Source: Camelus dromedarius
Lineage: Eukaryota
Direction: 5' to 3'
Assembly: GCF_036321535.1 (NCBI RefSeq)
Contig: NC_087436.1
Location: 29,514,001-29,578,000, forward strand
Length of the DNA: 64,000 nt
Numbering within the stretch: position 1 is the stretch's first letter; the number at the start of each line of letters is the position of its first letter. The position numbers were made by a program, and so were the translations under genes. Under the pieces are notes generated by a model, which ran no database searches, had not been told where the DNA came from, and saw only the letters and a program-made list of their open reading frames with translations. Positions 1 to 13,947 of this stretch are shown one piece after another.

Positions 1-85
1 GATCTTGACATGCTGTTGCGTATCTCTGCAAAGTCACAGAAAGAAACTCCTCAGTATTGAGACTAGACATAATCACATTTTGTAC
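1..85 (-). pseudogene. Candidate exon remnant running off the window edge: VQNVIMSSLNTEEFLSVTLQRYATACQD
   Basis: Acceptor ttttctgtttgggtag|G at 86/85; frame 0 is open for 28 codons to the window edge and the other two frames are closed. Confidence 0.35.
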
Positions 86-621
86 CTACCCAAACAGAAA
101 ACTGAATTTAGAAATACAGTCCTTAGAAGAGTAGATTCAACAAGCATAGAAAAATAATGAAGCAGAAAGTTCCATTGAATCACTTCCTATATCAATTTAT
201 GCTGAATCACAGGAATGGTAATATTTGCATACTTCAGTGTTTCAGCTAAAAATATGTATATATTTCTTTAGCACAAATTAATAATGAAAAGAAGCAGTAA
301 AATCCAGGCATAATTTACTCATAAATATCTGATGAAGAGAGACTTCTCCATTCACTGATAAATATAAGGAAACAACAACATAAGCCCTATAAAAATATGG
401 AATAAACTGATTAAGCGGACTATATTTTGAAGCATGACTGTGTTACATTAGATTCAAAGCACATAATCACACGATTTCAGTTCAATCAGATAATTTGTGA
501 TTATTAAATTCTAGCATTCTCCAATATTAGTAAATCTTTTGACATAATTTCTTAAAAAGTTAGATTTAAACTAAATATACATGTGTAAATACACATGTGT
601 TTATCACATATTTGTATTTAA

Positions 622-925
622 TCAATGTTCCCAGAAGACCCTACAAAACCAAGTTATCTCAGTTAATTTTATATAGACTATATACTTAAATATACTCATA
701 AACAATGATTCATCTAATAAAAATTTTTGTGCAAATAATAAATGGTTCAGGGTGCCTTCTGAGTTTTCAAGGATATGAGAACAAAATGGAGAGGGTAAAC
801 GTTTCCTCAAATAAATACTTTTAGTGTAAGAGTTCATAAAGGAGATATGAGAAGATAGTGTATACCACACCTCCCCATAATCCATCCACATGACCCAATC
901 ATGCTTAGCATCTTTAGTAACTATT
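622..925 (-). pseudogene. Possible large-exon remnant (about 100 open codons in unique AT-rich DNA)
   Basis: Unique-sequence part of ORF 622..960 (...KSIYLRKRLPSPFCSHILENSEGTLNHLLFAQKFLLDESLF...), abutting an MLT1 fragment; splice boundaries not defined. Confidence 0.2.
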
Positions 926-1065
926 ATCAGTTTCATAGGGCTGTTATAGCTAAGTACCACTAACTCGTGACTTAAAAAACAAGATACATTTATTATGTCA
1001 CAGTTTTGGAGGCCAGAAGTCTGAAATTAACATCAGCATGGTTGGTTCCTTCTGAGGGTTCTGAG
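926..1065 (+). mobile_element. MLT1-type (ERVL-MaLR) LTR 5' fragment
   Basis: tatcagtttcatagggctg...tttattatgtcacagttttggaggccagaagtctgaaat...ggttggttccttctgaggg matches the recalled MLT1 LTR start. Confidence 0.75.
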
Positions 1066-2883
1066 TGAACAAATACAATGTCCTATTTAATGGTACACAA
1101 TGAACACAGGTAAATTCAAATATTGCAAAAGTGGTTTCAAACTGGGTATTGTATAAAAAGCCTTAACTGTAAGACTACACCATGCTGTTTACACAAGCCT
1201 CAATCAGAATGAAAATTGTTGACTTGTCATCATAAATTATCAGGATATAGCAGTAACATTTTTATAGATTCTATCAGAGTTGCTGCCTTAAAATTGAAAT
1301 GATTTTTATTATAATAATATGAACTGACTTTGACATTAAGAATCTTTTTTCAGGAAATTCCAAAAAATTATTTCATAAAGTTTTTATAATTTCCTATATG
1401 TGGGCCAACATCACTTCTTACAGGAAGTTGCTTTTAACTGCCTTATAAGTCCTTTCTGTAAAAATTCAAGATCATATTTTATGTAATTGCTTTGTTAAAT
1501 TTATTTATCATATTTGTTAATATTAATTGAAATGCGAACACTGAGGTATTTTTAACTACAGAAATTTAGAGATGCTTCAAATGAAATGCTATAAAATTTT
1601 ATTTAAAAAGGCTTACAAAATATCAACTTAAATTTATTGATTATATATTATTGTTGAGTATACTTGATAATTTTGTTGACATAATTCCAAACCTTAATAG
1701 GCATTAAAAGTGATGTTTGAGGTCTAAAATCCCCATTAGAGTAATTTGGTTTAAAAAGCATTTGAGACTTAAGAACCACAAAATTTTTGAGCACTTGTCA
1801 ATTACCAAAATAGAGAAATATTTTTAAATATCTAAAAAAATGAGTATGGCTTTCAACTACATAGCATCTAGGGGATGCCAACCAATAGAAAGTAAACAAA
1901 CAAATCAAACAACGCTTCTGTTCATCAAGATCTTTCTGTTGACTTAAATTCATAGCAACACTGGCTCTCAGGGCCAGCTAATTTACTGATTACATGTGAT
2001 GCACATCTCTCTTTCACCATAAGGAAACAAAGGCTCATATTTTATTGAAGTTATGAGTATTCTTATAAAGGGATGGCACCATAAGTTCATCAATTTATAC
2101 ACTAATTTACGGTAAGTTGAAAGTGTTTTCATTTCTCTCATGGTTTTCAGACAGGTTCAGTTTTCAACAATTATGATAAATTGTGTGTTATATGAAAAAC
2201 ATCCATTTTATTACATCTAAATATTTTATTACCATAGTTACTCATGGCTTTGGTTAGTGCTTAACACTCTCCTCTGTTTTCAACTTTATCATTTCTATTT
2301 TTGTGTATTCCTATTTTCTATTTATTAATTATACTTAATAACCTTGAATAATTTTCTATTTTATTTCTTTGTTGAAAAGGCAGATCCTAGATTTATCAAC
2401 TTTTATGTATTCATTTCAAGCTCATGAACTTCTGCTTTTGTTCTTATTTATAGCTTCTTTCTGCCTTCCTTTGTTTTGTATTGCCATAATTTTTCATATT
2501 TCATGACTTAAATAGCTGTTCTTATTTCTTCTTGATTAATATTGAAAGTACGTAAACACTGAACTATGTCTAGTTATCCCTTTTGCCACAGCCAGTTTCA
2601 GTGAGATATGTATAACTGACACTACTTGAGGCAGTTTTCTAATTTAGGAAACATGGTTTAAGTAGCATCATATAAAAGTAAAAGATTAATAATACATAAC
2701 ACTGATTGTTTACACTGGCCTAAGTATTTAAGTCCTTATGTATATATATAAAAATTAAGATCTCCCCATGAGAAAGATACTGTTCCATATATATTTTATT
2801 GATGACATAACTAAGGCACATTCATGCTAATATTTAGCCTAAGATTACCAGTTATGAAATAGCAAAATCAAAAACCCAGTGTA

Positions 2884-3603
2884 GTTTGGTGCAGCTGCTA
2901 TGAAAACAGTATGGAGATTCCTCAAAAAGCTCAAAAAAATAGGCTTACTATATGATCCAGAAATCCCATTCCTGGGCATATATCCAGAGGGAACTTTAAT
3001 TCGAAAAGATACATGTACCCAAATGTTCATAGCAGCACTATTTACAATAGCCAAGACATGGAAGCAACCTAAATGTCCACTGACAGATGACTGGATAAAG
3101 AAGTTGTGGTATATTTATACAATATGAATCTCAGCCACAAAAAAGAATAAAATAATGCAATTTGCAGCAACATGGATGGACCTGGAGATTGTCATTCTAA
3201 ATGAAGAAAGTCAGAAAGAGAAAGAAAAATACTATATGATATCACTTAATATGTGGAACGTAAAAAAAAGTCAAATAAACTTATTTACAAAACAGAAATG
3301 GACTCATAGACAGAAAGCTAGCTTATGGTTACCAGGGTAGAAAGGGAGTGGGAAGGGAAAATAGGGAGTTCAAGATCTGCAGATACTAATTACTATATAT
3401 AAAATAAATAGACAAGAAGTTTCTTCTGCATAGCACAGGGAACTATATTCAATATCTTATAGTTACCTATAATGAAAAAGAATAAGAAAACAAATATATT
3501 TATGTAAATGTATGACTGAACCATCATGCTGTACACCAGAAATTGACACAACATTGTAAACTGACTATGCTTCAATAAAAACAAACCAACCAACAAACAA
3601 ACG
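2884..3603 (+). mobile_element. 5'-truncated LINE-1 (end of ORF2 plus 3'UTR), camelid-type
   Basis: ORF2 C-terminal peptides (YDPEIPFLGIYP, MFIAALFTIAKTWKQPKCP), 3'UTR, AATAAA and A-rich tail; imperfect flanking repeat aaaac(cc)agtgta. Confidence 0.95.
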
Positions 3604-3614
3604 AAAACAGTGTA

Positions 3615-3910
3615 ATGATGGTTAGGCGTATGGTTCAACTTAGCGAGGCTATGGAGCCCAGTTGTTTGGTCAAACACTAGATGGCACTGTGAGGGTATTT
3701 TGAAGATGTGATTAACATTTGCAATCAGTTGACTTAACTAAAGATTACCCTTAATAAAGTGGGTGGGTCTTATTCAGTCAGCTAAAAGGTCTTAAAAACA
3801 AAAACAGTTTTCACAAAGAGAGAATTCTGCCTCAAGACCGTAACTGAAATCTTGCCTGAGTTTCCAGCCCCTAGTACTGCATAAGCCAATTGGTTAAAAT
3901 CAGTCTCTCT
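3615..3910 (+). mobile_element. MLT2-type (ERVL) LTR fragment
   Basis: tgatggtt...tcaactt...cccagttgtttggtcaaacact...gtgagggtattt...gattaacatttg matches the recalled MLT2 LTR start. Confidence 0.75.
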
Positions 3911-4261
3911 CTCCCAGCTCCACACTGTGTTTCATCCCTTCCCTCTCTGAATCATCACACTTATTCATTCACTCAACATGCAGACACAAACTGATGTAAA
4001 ATTTCATTTAAAAACTGCTATGGTTCCTATCGATCACCCCATGGTTTTAAAAGAAGCTTCACTTCTTTTTATACTTATTATTTTTGATACATCAGGTTTG
4101 TTTTTTTTTTTGTAAATCTTACTGGGCTTTCGTATGTACCCCTGAGCCATGTACTTACTCAGAGATTAGAATCTTACCATGGCACCCTCCCACCTGACTG
4201 TTCCCCTTGGACTTCACATTGGCTTAGTTTCAGCTCATTGTTTCTTTTCTTTTTGTTTGTA

Positions 4262-4752
4262 TTTTTTTTTTTTGAAGTATACTTATTTTACAATGCTGTG
4301 CCAATTTCCAGTGTACAGAACAATACTTCAGTCATACAGGAACACACATATATTCGTTTTCATATTCTTTTTCACCATAAGTTATTACAAGATGTTGAAT
4401 ATAGTTAATATAGTTCCCTATGCTATACACTATAAACTTGTTATTTATCTATTTTATGTATATTAGTAACTGCAAATCTAGAACTCCCAATTTACCCCTT
4501 CCCACTCCCTTTCACACCTGGTAACCGTAAGTTTGTTTTCTGTCTGTGAGTCTGTTTCTGTTTTGTAAATAAGTTCATTTGTCTTTTTTTTATAGGTTCC
4601 ACATATAAGTGATATCCTGTGGTATTTTTCTTTCTCTTTCTGGCTTACTTCTCAGAATGACAATCTCCAGGTTCATCCATGTTGCTGCAAATGGCATTAT
4701 TTTATTATATTTTTATGGCTGAGTAGTTTTCTGTTGTATAATATACCACAAC
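4262..4752 (-). mobile_element. 5'-truncated LINE-1 3' end, camelid-type
   Basis: Poly-T followed by the reverse complement of the same 3'UTR as at 3.2-3.6 kb. Confidence 0.92.
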
Positions 4753-5349
4753 TTGTCATTCTCTCCATGACTATGTTAAAAGGCAACAGACATCCTGCTC
4801 TTCTCAGGCCACAGAATACCGCCGGACTAAGCCTGATATCCCTATAAACGCTAATGGAAACAAACAAACAAAAAACATATTACAGAACTGCAGTACACAA
4901 AGCACACTGTTAAAGCCATGTGCATTTTTCATTTTGTCTCCTGACTGACCTCTCCACGGGGTCTGACATATCTAACTATCCTTTACTTATTGAAACTTAC
5001 CCCTCTTGCCTTCTAGGGGCCAGTCAGGCCATACATCCCTCTGTATATCTCTGATTCATATCTTTTTCTGCTCTACCAGGAGAACTTCCTGTATAACCAT
5101 GGCTTTACATACTACTGACATCCTCATGTCTCCAGACAAAACTGAAGCTATATATAAACTTACCAGTTTGTACAATGCTCAACTCTATAACCTCTATAAA
5201 TGTACAGTTCAGTCATGAATACATACTTTTTACCAGTCATTTTCAAATGATCTAGAGTCACTTAAAGTAATGTAAAATATTAATCTGTCACCCTTCTCAT
5301 CTCCATTCTATTCCAATCTTGCTCTCTCTCAAGTTCCAAATGTCAGTGA

Positions 5350-5432
<83 letters not shown>

Positions 5433-5433
5433 A
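5350..5433. repeat. Compound tetranucleotide microsatellite (TCTG)n(TCTA)n
   Basis: Directly visible tandem array. Confidence 0.98.
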
Positions 5434-5843
5434 AAGCCAGAAGTATCTATGTATTTATGTAACGATGCAAATTTCTCGTTGTGAAGTGATTTTTTAGTGA
5501 AGGGGAGCCTCTGGGGGCCAGTGACTGGTGTCACCCTGTTTCTCTGTTTAGTTAACTTGGATCTTCTTAGTCAAATATCTGCTCAGCTGCAAGGGAAAAA
5601 AAATGAGCCAGTAAGACTATCCAAGTTTGTCACCTATCAGTATTTGAGTGGAAAATTTGTTTCCAAAGGACAGTATGGTACAGTGGGATAACACTGTGAT
5701 TTAATGACTTTTTTAAATCAAACAGTCGTTTGAATCTCAGATGTGCTATTTACAAGCTGTGTTCTTTAAATTCTTTTAATAAAAAGGAATTTTTAAAAAA
5801 ATTATGTGATTGCTAAAGAACTTCAAAAACCCAAGGCCATTCA

Positions 5844-6030
5844 AGAACCAGACTCACAGATCTAGAGAACAAACTAGTCGTTACCAGTGGGGAGAGGGAA
5901 GGGGGAGGGGAAACAAAGGGGTAGAGGGGAAAAGAGTTGTAACAGAATTAGATGAAATGTGAGTGCAACTTTTGAAAACTGTAAAGCACTATAGAATTTA
6001 AATAATCTTTCATTCATTAAAATAAAAAAG
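5844..6030 (+). mobile_element. Short LINE-1 3'-end insertion with 16-bp TSD
   Basis: agactcacagatctagagaacaaacta...ttaccagtgggg L1 3' motif; TSD aacccaaggccattca (5828-5843) and aacccatggccattca (6031-6046). Confidence 0.85.
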
Positions 6031-6469
6031 AACCCATGGCCATTCAGATGCAATTTAAAAAAACAGACTAGCAAAAGAAAAAACACACTATAATGGTAAT
6101 TTGGGAATGACATACAGTAGTGTTCCCTCCTCATCTTTTTCCCTAATTCATTCTAGGACATATAAGCATTAAGAAACAAAATATGCTATATGGTAAATAA
6201 CTTTTATATTAAACAATATTTTATCTTAAAAATGAGTATTTTAAAAATCATAACAAAATATGGGGCAGATTATATACAATAAATGTATACATAAATTTTA
6301 CACATACTTTTGTATTCAATTAATAAAATTACTTAAAACTTAGATGTTAGTGGATATTTTTACATTTAATATGAAATGAAAGAAGGTAATCCAATTCTAA
6401 ATTTTAAAAAAATTGTAAAGAAGTTTGTAAAGAAGCCCATAAGTGACCACAGCATAGCAACTGACTTAC

Positions 6470-6658
6470 GTATTTGTTTTTAACATCTGACAAATTCCTT
6501 GCGTAATGGTTTAGAATTTATAAGGTCATCATACAAGGTGCAGTTTTGCTTTTTCTTCTAGAGACCCTTCTTACATAGTTTGTGCTAACACCTTGTGAAT
6601 GATGTAAATGATGGTTTCCAGAAATGAATCCCTTCTTCATTTGCTAAACTTTAGTTTC
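6470..6658 (-). pseudogene. Candidate exon remnant, 189 nt (multiple of 3)
   Basis: Acceptor catcgtctttag, donor C|gtaagt; phase-1 reading N*SLANEEGIHFWKPSFTSFTRC*HKLCKKGL*KKKQNCTLYDDLINSKPLRKEFVRC*KQI; frame uncertain. Confidence 0.4.
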
Positions 6659-7083
6659 CTAAAGACGATGTTCAAAATATTATTTGTTTGATACATAATA
6701 TTTCTTTTATATTTTGCACAACTCACATTATACACTATTTATATGCTTCCATGTATGTCCTACACTAGATAGTAATTATTTGTCTAATGAAATCTTAAGT
6801 TTCTCAAAATAGATACTTTTGAGTGTAACTGGGCATAAAGGTTACTATATAATTCTTGTTCTTAAAATTAATATTGTTACTTATAAAGTAATGTTCCAAA
6901 GTATTTACTACATTGGTCTTACAAAATATGTATTCATAAGTTTATGTCATGAATTAAATTGTTTATAAATTAAATGTAATATACACTAACAAATTAGATT
7001 TACAAATATCAGTGGCTGGATACAAATTATACCCCCAATTTATAGCTCTGAACATTATAGATGAATAAATTAATTAAAACCAC

Positions 7084-7300
7084 TTTCTCTTCCTGATATA
7101 AATCATGGTATAATCTAGTCTTGAATTTTCTTTCTGTGCTTTCTGAAAATTTCACTCTAAGGCCCTACATTTGCCTGTCTTTTTCAGAAGATTTCACATG
7201 TGGCAGGAACTTTTAAAATCCTCTTCATTTCTTCTAAATATTTGATGGTAATGTTTTCTCCTTCTGATGGTAAAGTTATGCTAATGAAGTATTTAATCCT
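7084..7300 (-). pseudogene. Candidate exon remnant
   Basis: Strong acceptor tgtactgtttctttcag; RIKYFISITLPSEGENITIKYLEEMKRILKVPATCEIF* then, in another frame, LRVKFSESTERKFKTRLYHDLYQEEK; donor weak. Confidence 0.3.
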
Positions 7301-8379
7301 CTGAAAGAAACAGTACAACAGTATACTAATATTAAACTTCATTAAAATAACACTGACTTTATCAGGTATACATTATTCAACATAGATTTTTATATCTTGT
7401 TGATGTTAGGAACTACAGCTTAGTTTTTAATGTCACTTTGGGAAAGAAAAAAACTATATTGTATATAGAAAGTTGCTGTATGGTAATGGAGCATGAAATA
7501 AAAGGCAAGTAAAAACAGCACATCAACCTTAAATTTTAAACATAATGATCAATGTTTTTCAACCTATTAACTACTCTGACTGTATATTATATTAGCCCTG
7601 CCTTTGATTTCAACTTTATAATCTAGAAATAAAATGGTACAATTAACAAGCTGTATTTATTATTTTTACAGTGGGATATATTTAACTATAACTTTTTTCT
7701 TGTCCAAAACTCCCCCAAATAATTTGTTTCATCAAATTATATTTATTCACTACACAAAACTTAAAGAATGCTAGTAGAAACTATTAAATCAGTTTTAGTT
7801 GCAAATTTATGATTTGCACATCAATACATTTTTGTAGAATATAAAAATTTCTATAACAATACTGCTGCCATGGTCACTGCCTTCTTAAGTTAGAATTTTA
7901 CCACTTTTAAAACTAGCAAATACCAAATGCTTTCTGAATCCTTTTCTCTCCTTTAGACATATGGCTTAAGTTAGGTAACTATTTGTCTTTTTTATCTCAG
8001 GATTAGAAACAGAAAACATATGACAAATCCCAAATATGTGCCCTTCTTCCAATGTTCATAAAATATCCATTCAACTTTATTACAATTTCTTCAATTAATA
8101 AAATTAAGTAATATTTGTGTTCTCAATAATGGTTTATTTCATGTCAGTATTCAAGCATAAAAATTCCAATATTCATTTGTTCTTTTTAATCTGTCTTTGT
8201 TTATTATGATTTTAATTTTAGATTTTGAACCTAGAATTTCTCAGTCAAAATGCTGTTTTTTTCACAGAAAACATTTTATGTTCTGTTAGTGCTACCATCA
8301 AAATGATCTAAATTTCTATAAATAAAGCAATTTTTTTGTATTATTATTTGTTCTTACTCTTCATCACCCTGTTTCTTAC

Positions 8380-8637
8380 TTAGCCAAGGATTTTAAAGAT
8401 TCCTTTTTATGCTTGTGCTATGTATTTTTAAAGACAAAATATTCAAATTTGTTTCCCATCTGATTCAAGTAATTTAATCCTTCTTCTGCCTTTCTAAATT
8501 TATACAGTTCTGTTAATTTGGGCTTTTCTTGTATCTGCATTCTAATATGTTATTTTGATGTGTTTTAACAAGACTGATATTGCTTTCCTTGTCATAAAAA
8601 GACACTGGCTTTTGCCACAAGTAACTTTACTAATCAT
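8380..8637 (-). pseudogene. Candidate exon remnant
   Basis: Acceptor atacatttatag, donor A|gtaaga (alternative end at 8358); contains IQEKPKLTELYKFRKAEEGLNYLNQMGNKFEYFVFKNT*; frameshifts needed. Confidence 0.3.
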
Positions 8638-11104
8638 CTATAAATGTATTCATAGATAAGAATTCTAACATAAATAATATTTATCATTTTCTTAAAAACA
8701 TTGTATAGGATATTTTAGTTCTCTGAAAATAATCCTTTTATTTGCCCTTATTATCTACCTTAAAGAATATTTTGAGTGTCTATTCTGAAAATTTACATTT
8801 TAGAAGATTTCTGGTTTGAACCCTAAGGGAATGCTTTTCTCTGCAATTACCCTTGTTTATCATTCCTTTGATTTTATTTAACACATTATCTGACAACAAG
8901 AAAAGATCCATGACCTTAATCTTGCAGATCCTCCTATATCCATTAGACAAATGCCTAATTTAACAAATGGGTCTTCTGTTTTGCCTTAAAACCAGAAAAC
9001 TCATTTTTCCTAAAACTAATCAATGCGGCAAGCTTAGAGAATAAGATTTTTTTGATGGGAAGAAACATAACAAAAGAAAGAAAATTACTTAAGGATAGTG
9101 TTTAAACATGAGAACCACGTGTTAAAGCTAAGAATACAGATTACATAAATATTCTGAATGGTAACAGGGCATCAGCACATGAGCAACCACAGTTGGTGTG
9201 CCCCCCCTGAATTGTAGTTTTGTTACTTGAAGACTGACAAACCAGTGGATAATACTGTTACTACAACTGTAGTGGGCTATAATAGTGTCTGAGATATTGT
9301 ACATTTTTCATAAATATGTTAAATTAATATGACATAATCTCACCTTGATATTACATCTAATGATGTATGCTTAATAAAAACTTCTTTCTCCTACTTTTTA
9401 ATTTTAAAAATCCAGAGAAACTTTTCTTTGGTTGTATCCTGAATGAGAATCACATTTCAATTTATTTTTGTATTCTGTAAATAAGCAATGACTTCACTGG
9501 TTTACATATAACCTAATTTTCCAGAGATTTAAATTTAAAAGGCAACACCAATAAATCACTGAAACACTGAAAGATCACACCTTGAATATCACCAACACAG
9601 GAAGGGGATCAAGTCATGATTCCACTTCTCATGAAATTTATAGTTTTGTTAGAGATTGTAAAGATATATATACAAATTACTATTAAGCAAAATCACAGTT
9701 TTATTCAAGAATTAAGAACAATTTTCTAGAACTCCTAGAAATTCACAGACTAAAATAGCACTTTCTAGTAAGTTACTTATGTCTTCTCAATTTATGTATG
9801 TCTTCCATGTTCTCTCAGTAATCATCCCTAATCCTGATTCTTTTCATCAAGCCCTTTCCTAGGCTCATTAGGCATTTTTGGTTGTTCAACTAATAAAGGG
9901 TGAGAGGGCATTCATTTTACTGATACACATTAAAAAACAGAAAACAAGAATTTCTTTCACGAGACTAAACTTCACTAACTATAGAAAATAGCCAGAGAAC
10001 ACACTTACTGGAAAGAGGAAGCAATGGGATGTACTAGGCCTTATGGAGATTGAAACTGGAAATTTATTCATGATTCAAAGCAGCGTTATGGAGTAGGTCA
10101 TTATTTTAACTACATACTTCCCTACTAAACATAATGGCATTAAGAATAAACATCATCATAACCTGTAACCACCACAAGCAGTACTTCATGGATTTCTACT
10201 AGGGACTTCATCTTTATGAAGCTTCCTCTCTGCACTTTCATGCCCTACTCCACATCAAAACAAAATAGCAAATACAACAAGAGCAACTCATTTTCCCTTT
10301 GAATTTCATGTCAACACTTGGGAAGAAGCTCAAATTGATCTCTTTCTCTCTGTTGAAGTGTCCATCGTCCTTGTTGGGCAAGGATCTTGCAACACAGCAC
10401 TAAATAAGCCATTTGCCAACGTATGGATTGCCTGGTCAGGTCATTTCTGATAGTCCACTGTGAGTATGATGAAAGGTAAAGTCTTACCTCTGTGTGCTAA
10501 GTAGATTTACCAGAAGATTTAAATCACTGTTTATCTCCCACTAGAGTCCAGGCTTTTAAATATTATGCTACCCTCTGTCTCTGTGAATGGTAATTTCATT
10601 CACATTCAAGTTTCCACCTAACAATTGGAAAAATGGTTCCTAAAACTATTATCCTGATCTCTTTCAAACAATACTCTATATGTTCCAAAAGTCCCGGCTT
10701 AGGTGCTTTCATAATACACCTTTATAAGTGTTCTGAGAGTTTAAGTTGTTCTACTCATCTCTTTACAGTTACTTCTCTCAACAGACTGCTCTTTGAAGGG
10801 AGTTAATGTTATATTCATGCTTTGTATATTCGTGTCCACAATACTTAGCCCAAGTCTGGTATACAGGCAGTTGCTATTTAACTGTTTGGGAAGTAATTAA
10901 AATTTAATTTATTAAAGGGAAAATGTTTTAAAAGATCTTGTCCAAAATGAGTATTTAATAGGCTTGCTTTATAATTTTAGAGCTTTCTTCATACATCAGC
11001 ATTGCAATGCTTGAAATGTAGTGCATATTCCAGATGCACTATTAAGCTAATGTGCTGAGGATGGCAGCATCCGAAGGGAAAGAGACATTTTATGTCCTAT
11101 CCAG

Positions 11105-11538
11105 TGTTGAGAAGGAAAGTAATTTTTCTCTACCCTTCTAGGTTTTTTCTGGGTGGTCTAATAATTAAATCAACATGAGCAGACTAACAATCTAATTTAA
11201 TATTGTACATACAGGAACCCCAGCATACAGAAAAGGTTCAAACACAGACGGGTAAAATAAGGTACATAAACTATCCTGAGCTAAGAAATAGAATAGCGGT
11301 CTAGGGCTTCAAGGGCAGGAGTGTCATTCACAGAACAAGAAGAAGAGCAGGTGTTTGGTAATCAGATGTCTGCTCTGTTGTACAGATGGGGCACTCAGAT
11401 AAAACTTATCTCTCGTAATAACTTACATTCTGGGGAAGTCCACCAATTTAAAGTTTTCTAGGTAGTTAAAAGAGGGGCAAAAGTTTCTCTTGAGCCTTCA
11501 GAGGTACATTGGCAGGAGGCTCGTTCTGAACCTCATCA
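11105..11538 (-). mobile_element. ERV1-class solo LTR (MER41-like)
   Basis: TG...CA termini with perfect 4-bp TSD CCAG (11101-11104 and 11539-11542). Confidence 0.85.
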
Positions 11539-12546
11539 CCAGTAACTCTGAAATTGCATGGTAAACATGACATATATCTTCTTGTTCAATTTCCTGGGTT
11601 GAGGGGACTGTGCATGGACTTCGTGTCACGTAATGTAGCAGATATTTCTCCTAGGTCAAGTGACAGGCATACTGACTACCCCTAAGAAATAATATTGTAT
11701 TATTTCCAATACTTGTGAAAAATACTGGTAAAATTTGTAGTCTTATAATATGGATGAACAAATATTAAAGATTTAAGTACATGGTTTTGATCTATTCATT
11801 GCATTGGAATTGTACTCTGTTTAATATTCTTAAAAGATAAATCTCCTGATGAGAACTAATTGATACATAGGTCCTTAGTCGGTTTATAACTAAAGACTAC
11901 AACCTTAAGCTTGATATTCTATTTTTTTTTCTTTGAACAAAGGCGTTTTCTATAACAATCTTTTAAAATTTTGCTATCAAAATATTTAAATTATATTATC
12001 TTTTGAGGAACCAAGATCAAAGAGTTAAGATTTAAAAATTTCATTATATACTGTAGCCAAATACTGACAAGAAATATCTTGGTAAAATATCAACTCGAAA
12101 CAAAATTTTTATCATGTTAATTAAAATTGATAATGATCCCATAACTATTCAAAAATTCAGCATAAATGTGAACACTTACTATTCTTGGAGTTAAGTACCC
12201 CTAGTAGAGTGTCACATACTCTACATTTCTTTTATCAAAACATACATACAATTATACTGTAATTAGTTTCAAAGTTTTCCTATATCTCCTCCTAGTTTGA
12301 AAGGTAGAATTTTTGTCTATCATCTTATACTGTCAACAGATACTACACTGCTGGCAATATAGTTAATGGAATGCGGAATGGGCATGCCACTGCCAAAAAA
12401 AAAGAAAGAAAAATACACTACTAATTGAACTCTTACAACATGCCTTCTATTTCAGAGGTGAAAATGTATGGAAAAATATGTGCAAAGAACCAATGAATAG
12501 AATAGTAGTTGTTTGATAGATCTGTTTAAAAATTTTGTTGTGATAT

Positions 12547-13113
12547 TGAAACTAAGGGTAATCACCGGCTAGATCCATTATACTTGTAACCTCAAGCTAA
12601 CTTTGTTGCTACAAAAGACTTGCATGTTTTCCAAGCATCATGTAGCCTAAACAATAAGGTGTTTACCTGAGTTCTTTTTTAGGAACTTGAAGTCAGCTGT
12701 GTACAGCTTGACCCTGAGTTGGTTAAGACTGGTTAAGACCACTGCCCCTCCATGTGGACACGTGCACGTGTCTGCTTGGTGACTTTCTGACTTCAGAGAA
12801 CCAAAAACGCTACCCTCAGATCATGCTAACACTTATGTTTTCTGAGCATGCACCCCATGATGGAGACTTGTGGGTAGCTTATTTGCCTCTGTGCAGAACA
12901 ATTATTTCACCATTTTATTATCTCCAATTACTTTGCCCCCTGGTCTCCACACCTCAGCTTTTCCCAGTAAGTATCCCAAGCCCCTCGCTTTGTGGGAAGC
13001 AGGTTTGAGGTTTGTTCTCCTGTCTCCCAGTTTGGCTGTCTCCTGAATAAACCCTTTCTTTGCTGCAAATCTTGGTGTCTCAGCATTTGGCAAAAGAACT
13101 TCATTCAGTAATA
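12547..13113 (+). mobile_element. ERV1-class solo LTR
   Basis: Starts tgaaactaag, has AATAAA near 13047, ends ttcagtaata (CA mutated to TA); 4-bp TSD ATAT. Confidence 0.85.
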
Positions 13114-13947
13114 ATATAACATTAGGTTATGTTCTCAGAAGAATTAACATAGTATATAATAGTATATGATTGCATAAAATTTAGTTTATTTACATAGTTT
13201 TGAGATTATTGCTTGAATATAAAACATGAGATTTTAAAATTCTTAGACATACTATAGATTTTTTAAAGTGTCCATCCACATTATAAGACAAAAATAAGGA
13301 AAAATTATAGAACAAGATGTTTATCTATACATTTATTTATTAAGATTAATTAAGATCAAACATTTAGAAGAATACTAAAAAGGAAAGTTTTCGAAATATT
13401 CAAAATTATAATCACTTCAAAGAAATTCATTCAGTTTCAGAAAGTAACTATTATAATTTTAGCATTATATATGAATAAACTGCTTTACTTTATTCTTGGA
13501 TAAAAAAGCCTCTCTGAATTATTATAGTATCAATCATTGTTCTAAAGCCAATTGGTAAAGTTGTGTAATTGTTCAATTAAAGTCCAACCCTAAGGAAAGC
13601 TATCTAAAACTTCATTAATTCTATTCACCCAAAAATAATTTATCTGTCGTTCAGTCTGAGAAATTAATTTCATGGTAATAATATCTAAAAGTTCTCCAAG
13701 AAAATGCTTCAGGGTTATGACTTCAATTCACTTGTACTGGATGTTTTAAAAATTAAAACACTAAACAAATTCTTTCCGATAACAAGTGTATTAAAGCCAG
13801 TTATTTCATTATAGACCATGTATCAGCCTCTGAATTTCTGAAAAGACTCTGCTGTCTGGGAGGATCGTGTATATTATACTTCTACTAATATTTGAACATA
13901 TTAATTAAATAGGTTTTCTTTCAACCATAAGAAAAATGTTTACTCAC

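Noticed and set aside
579..598. 9-bp inverted repeat acatgtgta-aa-tacacatgt
   Set aside because: Short and low-complexity; expected by chance in 64 kb.
2900..3340. ORF-track peptides such as MFIAALFTIAKTWKQPKCP (also 18410-18700, 33983-34201, 35223-35405, 53142-53330) as host genes
   Set aside because: They are LINE-1 ORF2 fragments in truncated, frameshifted copies.
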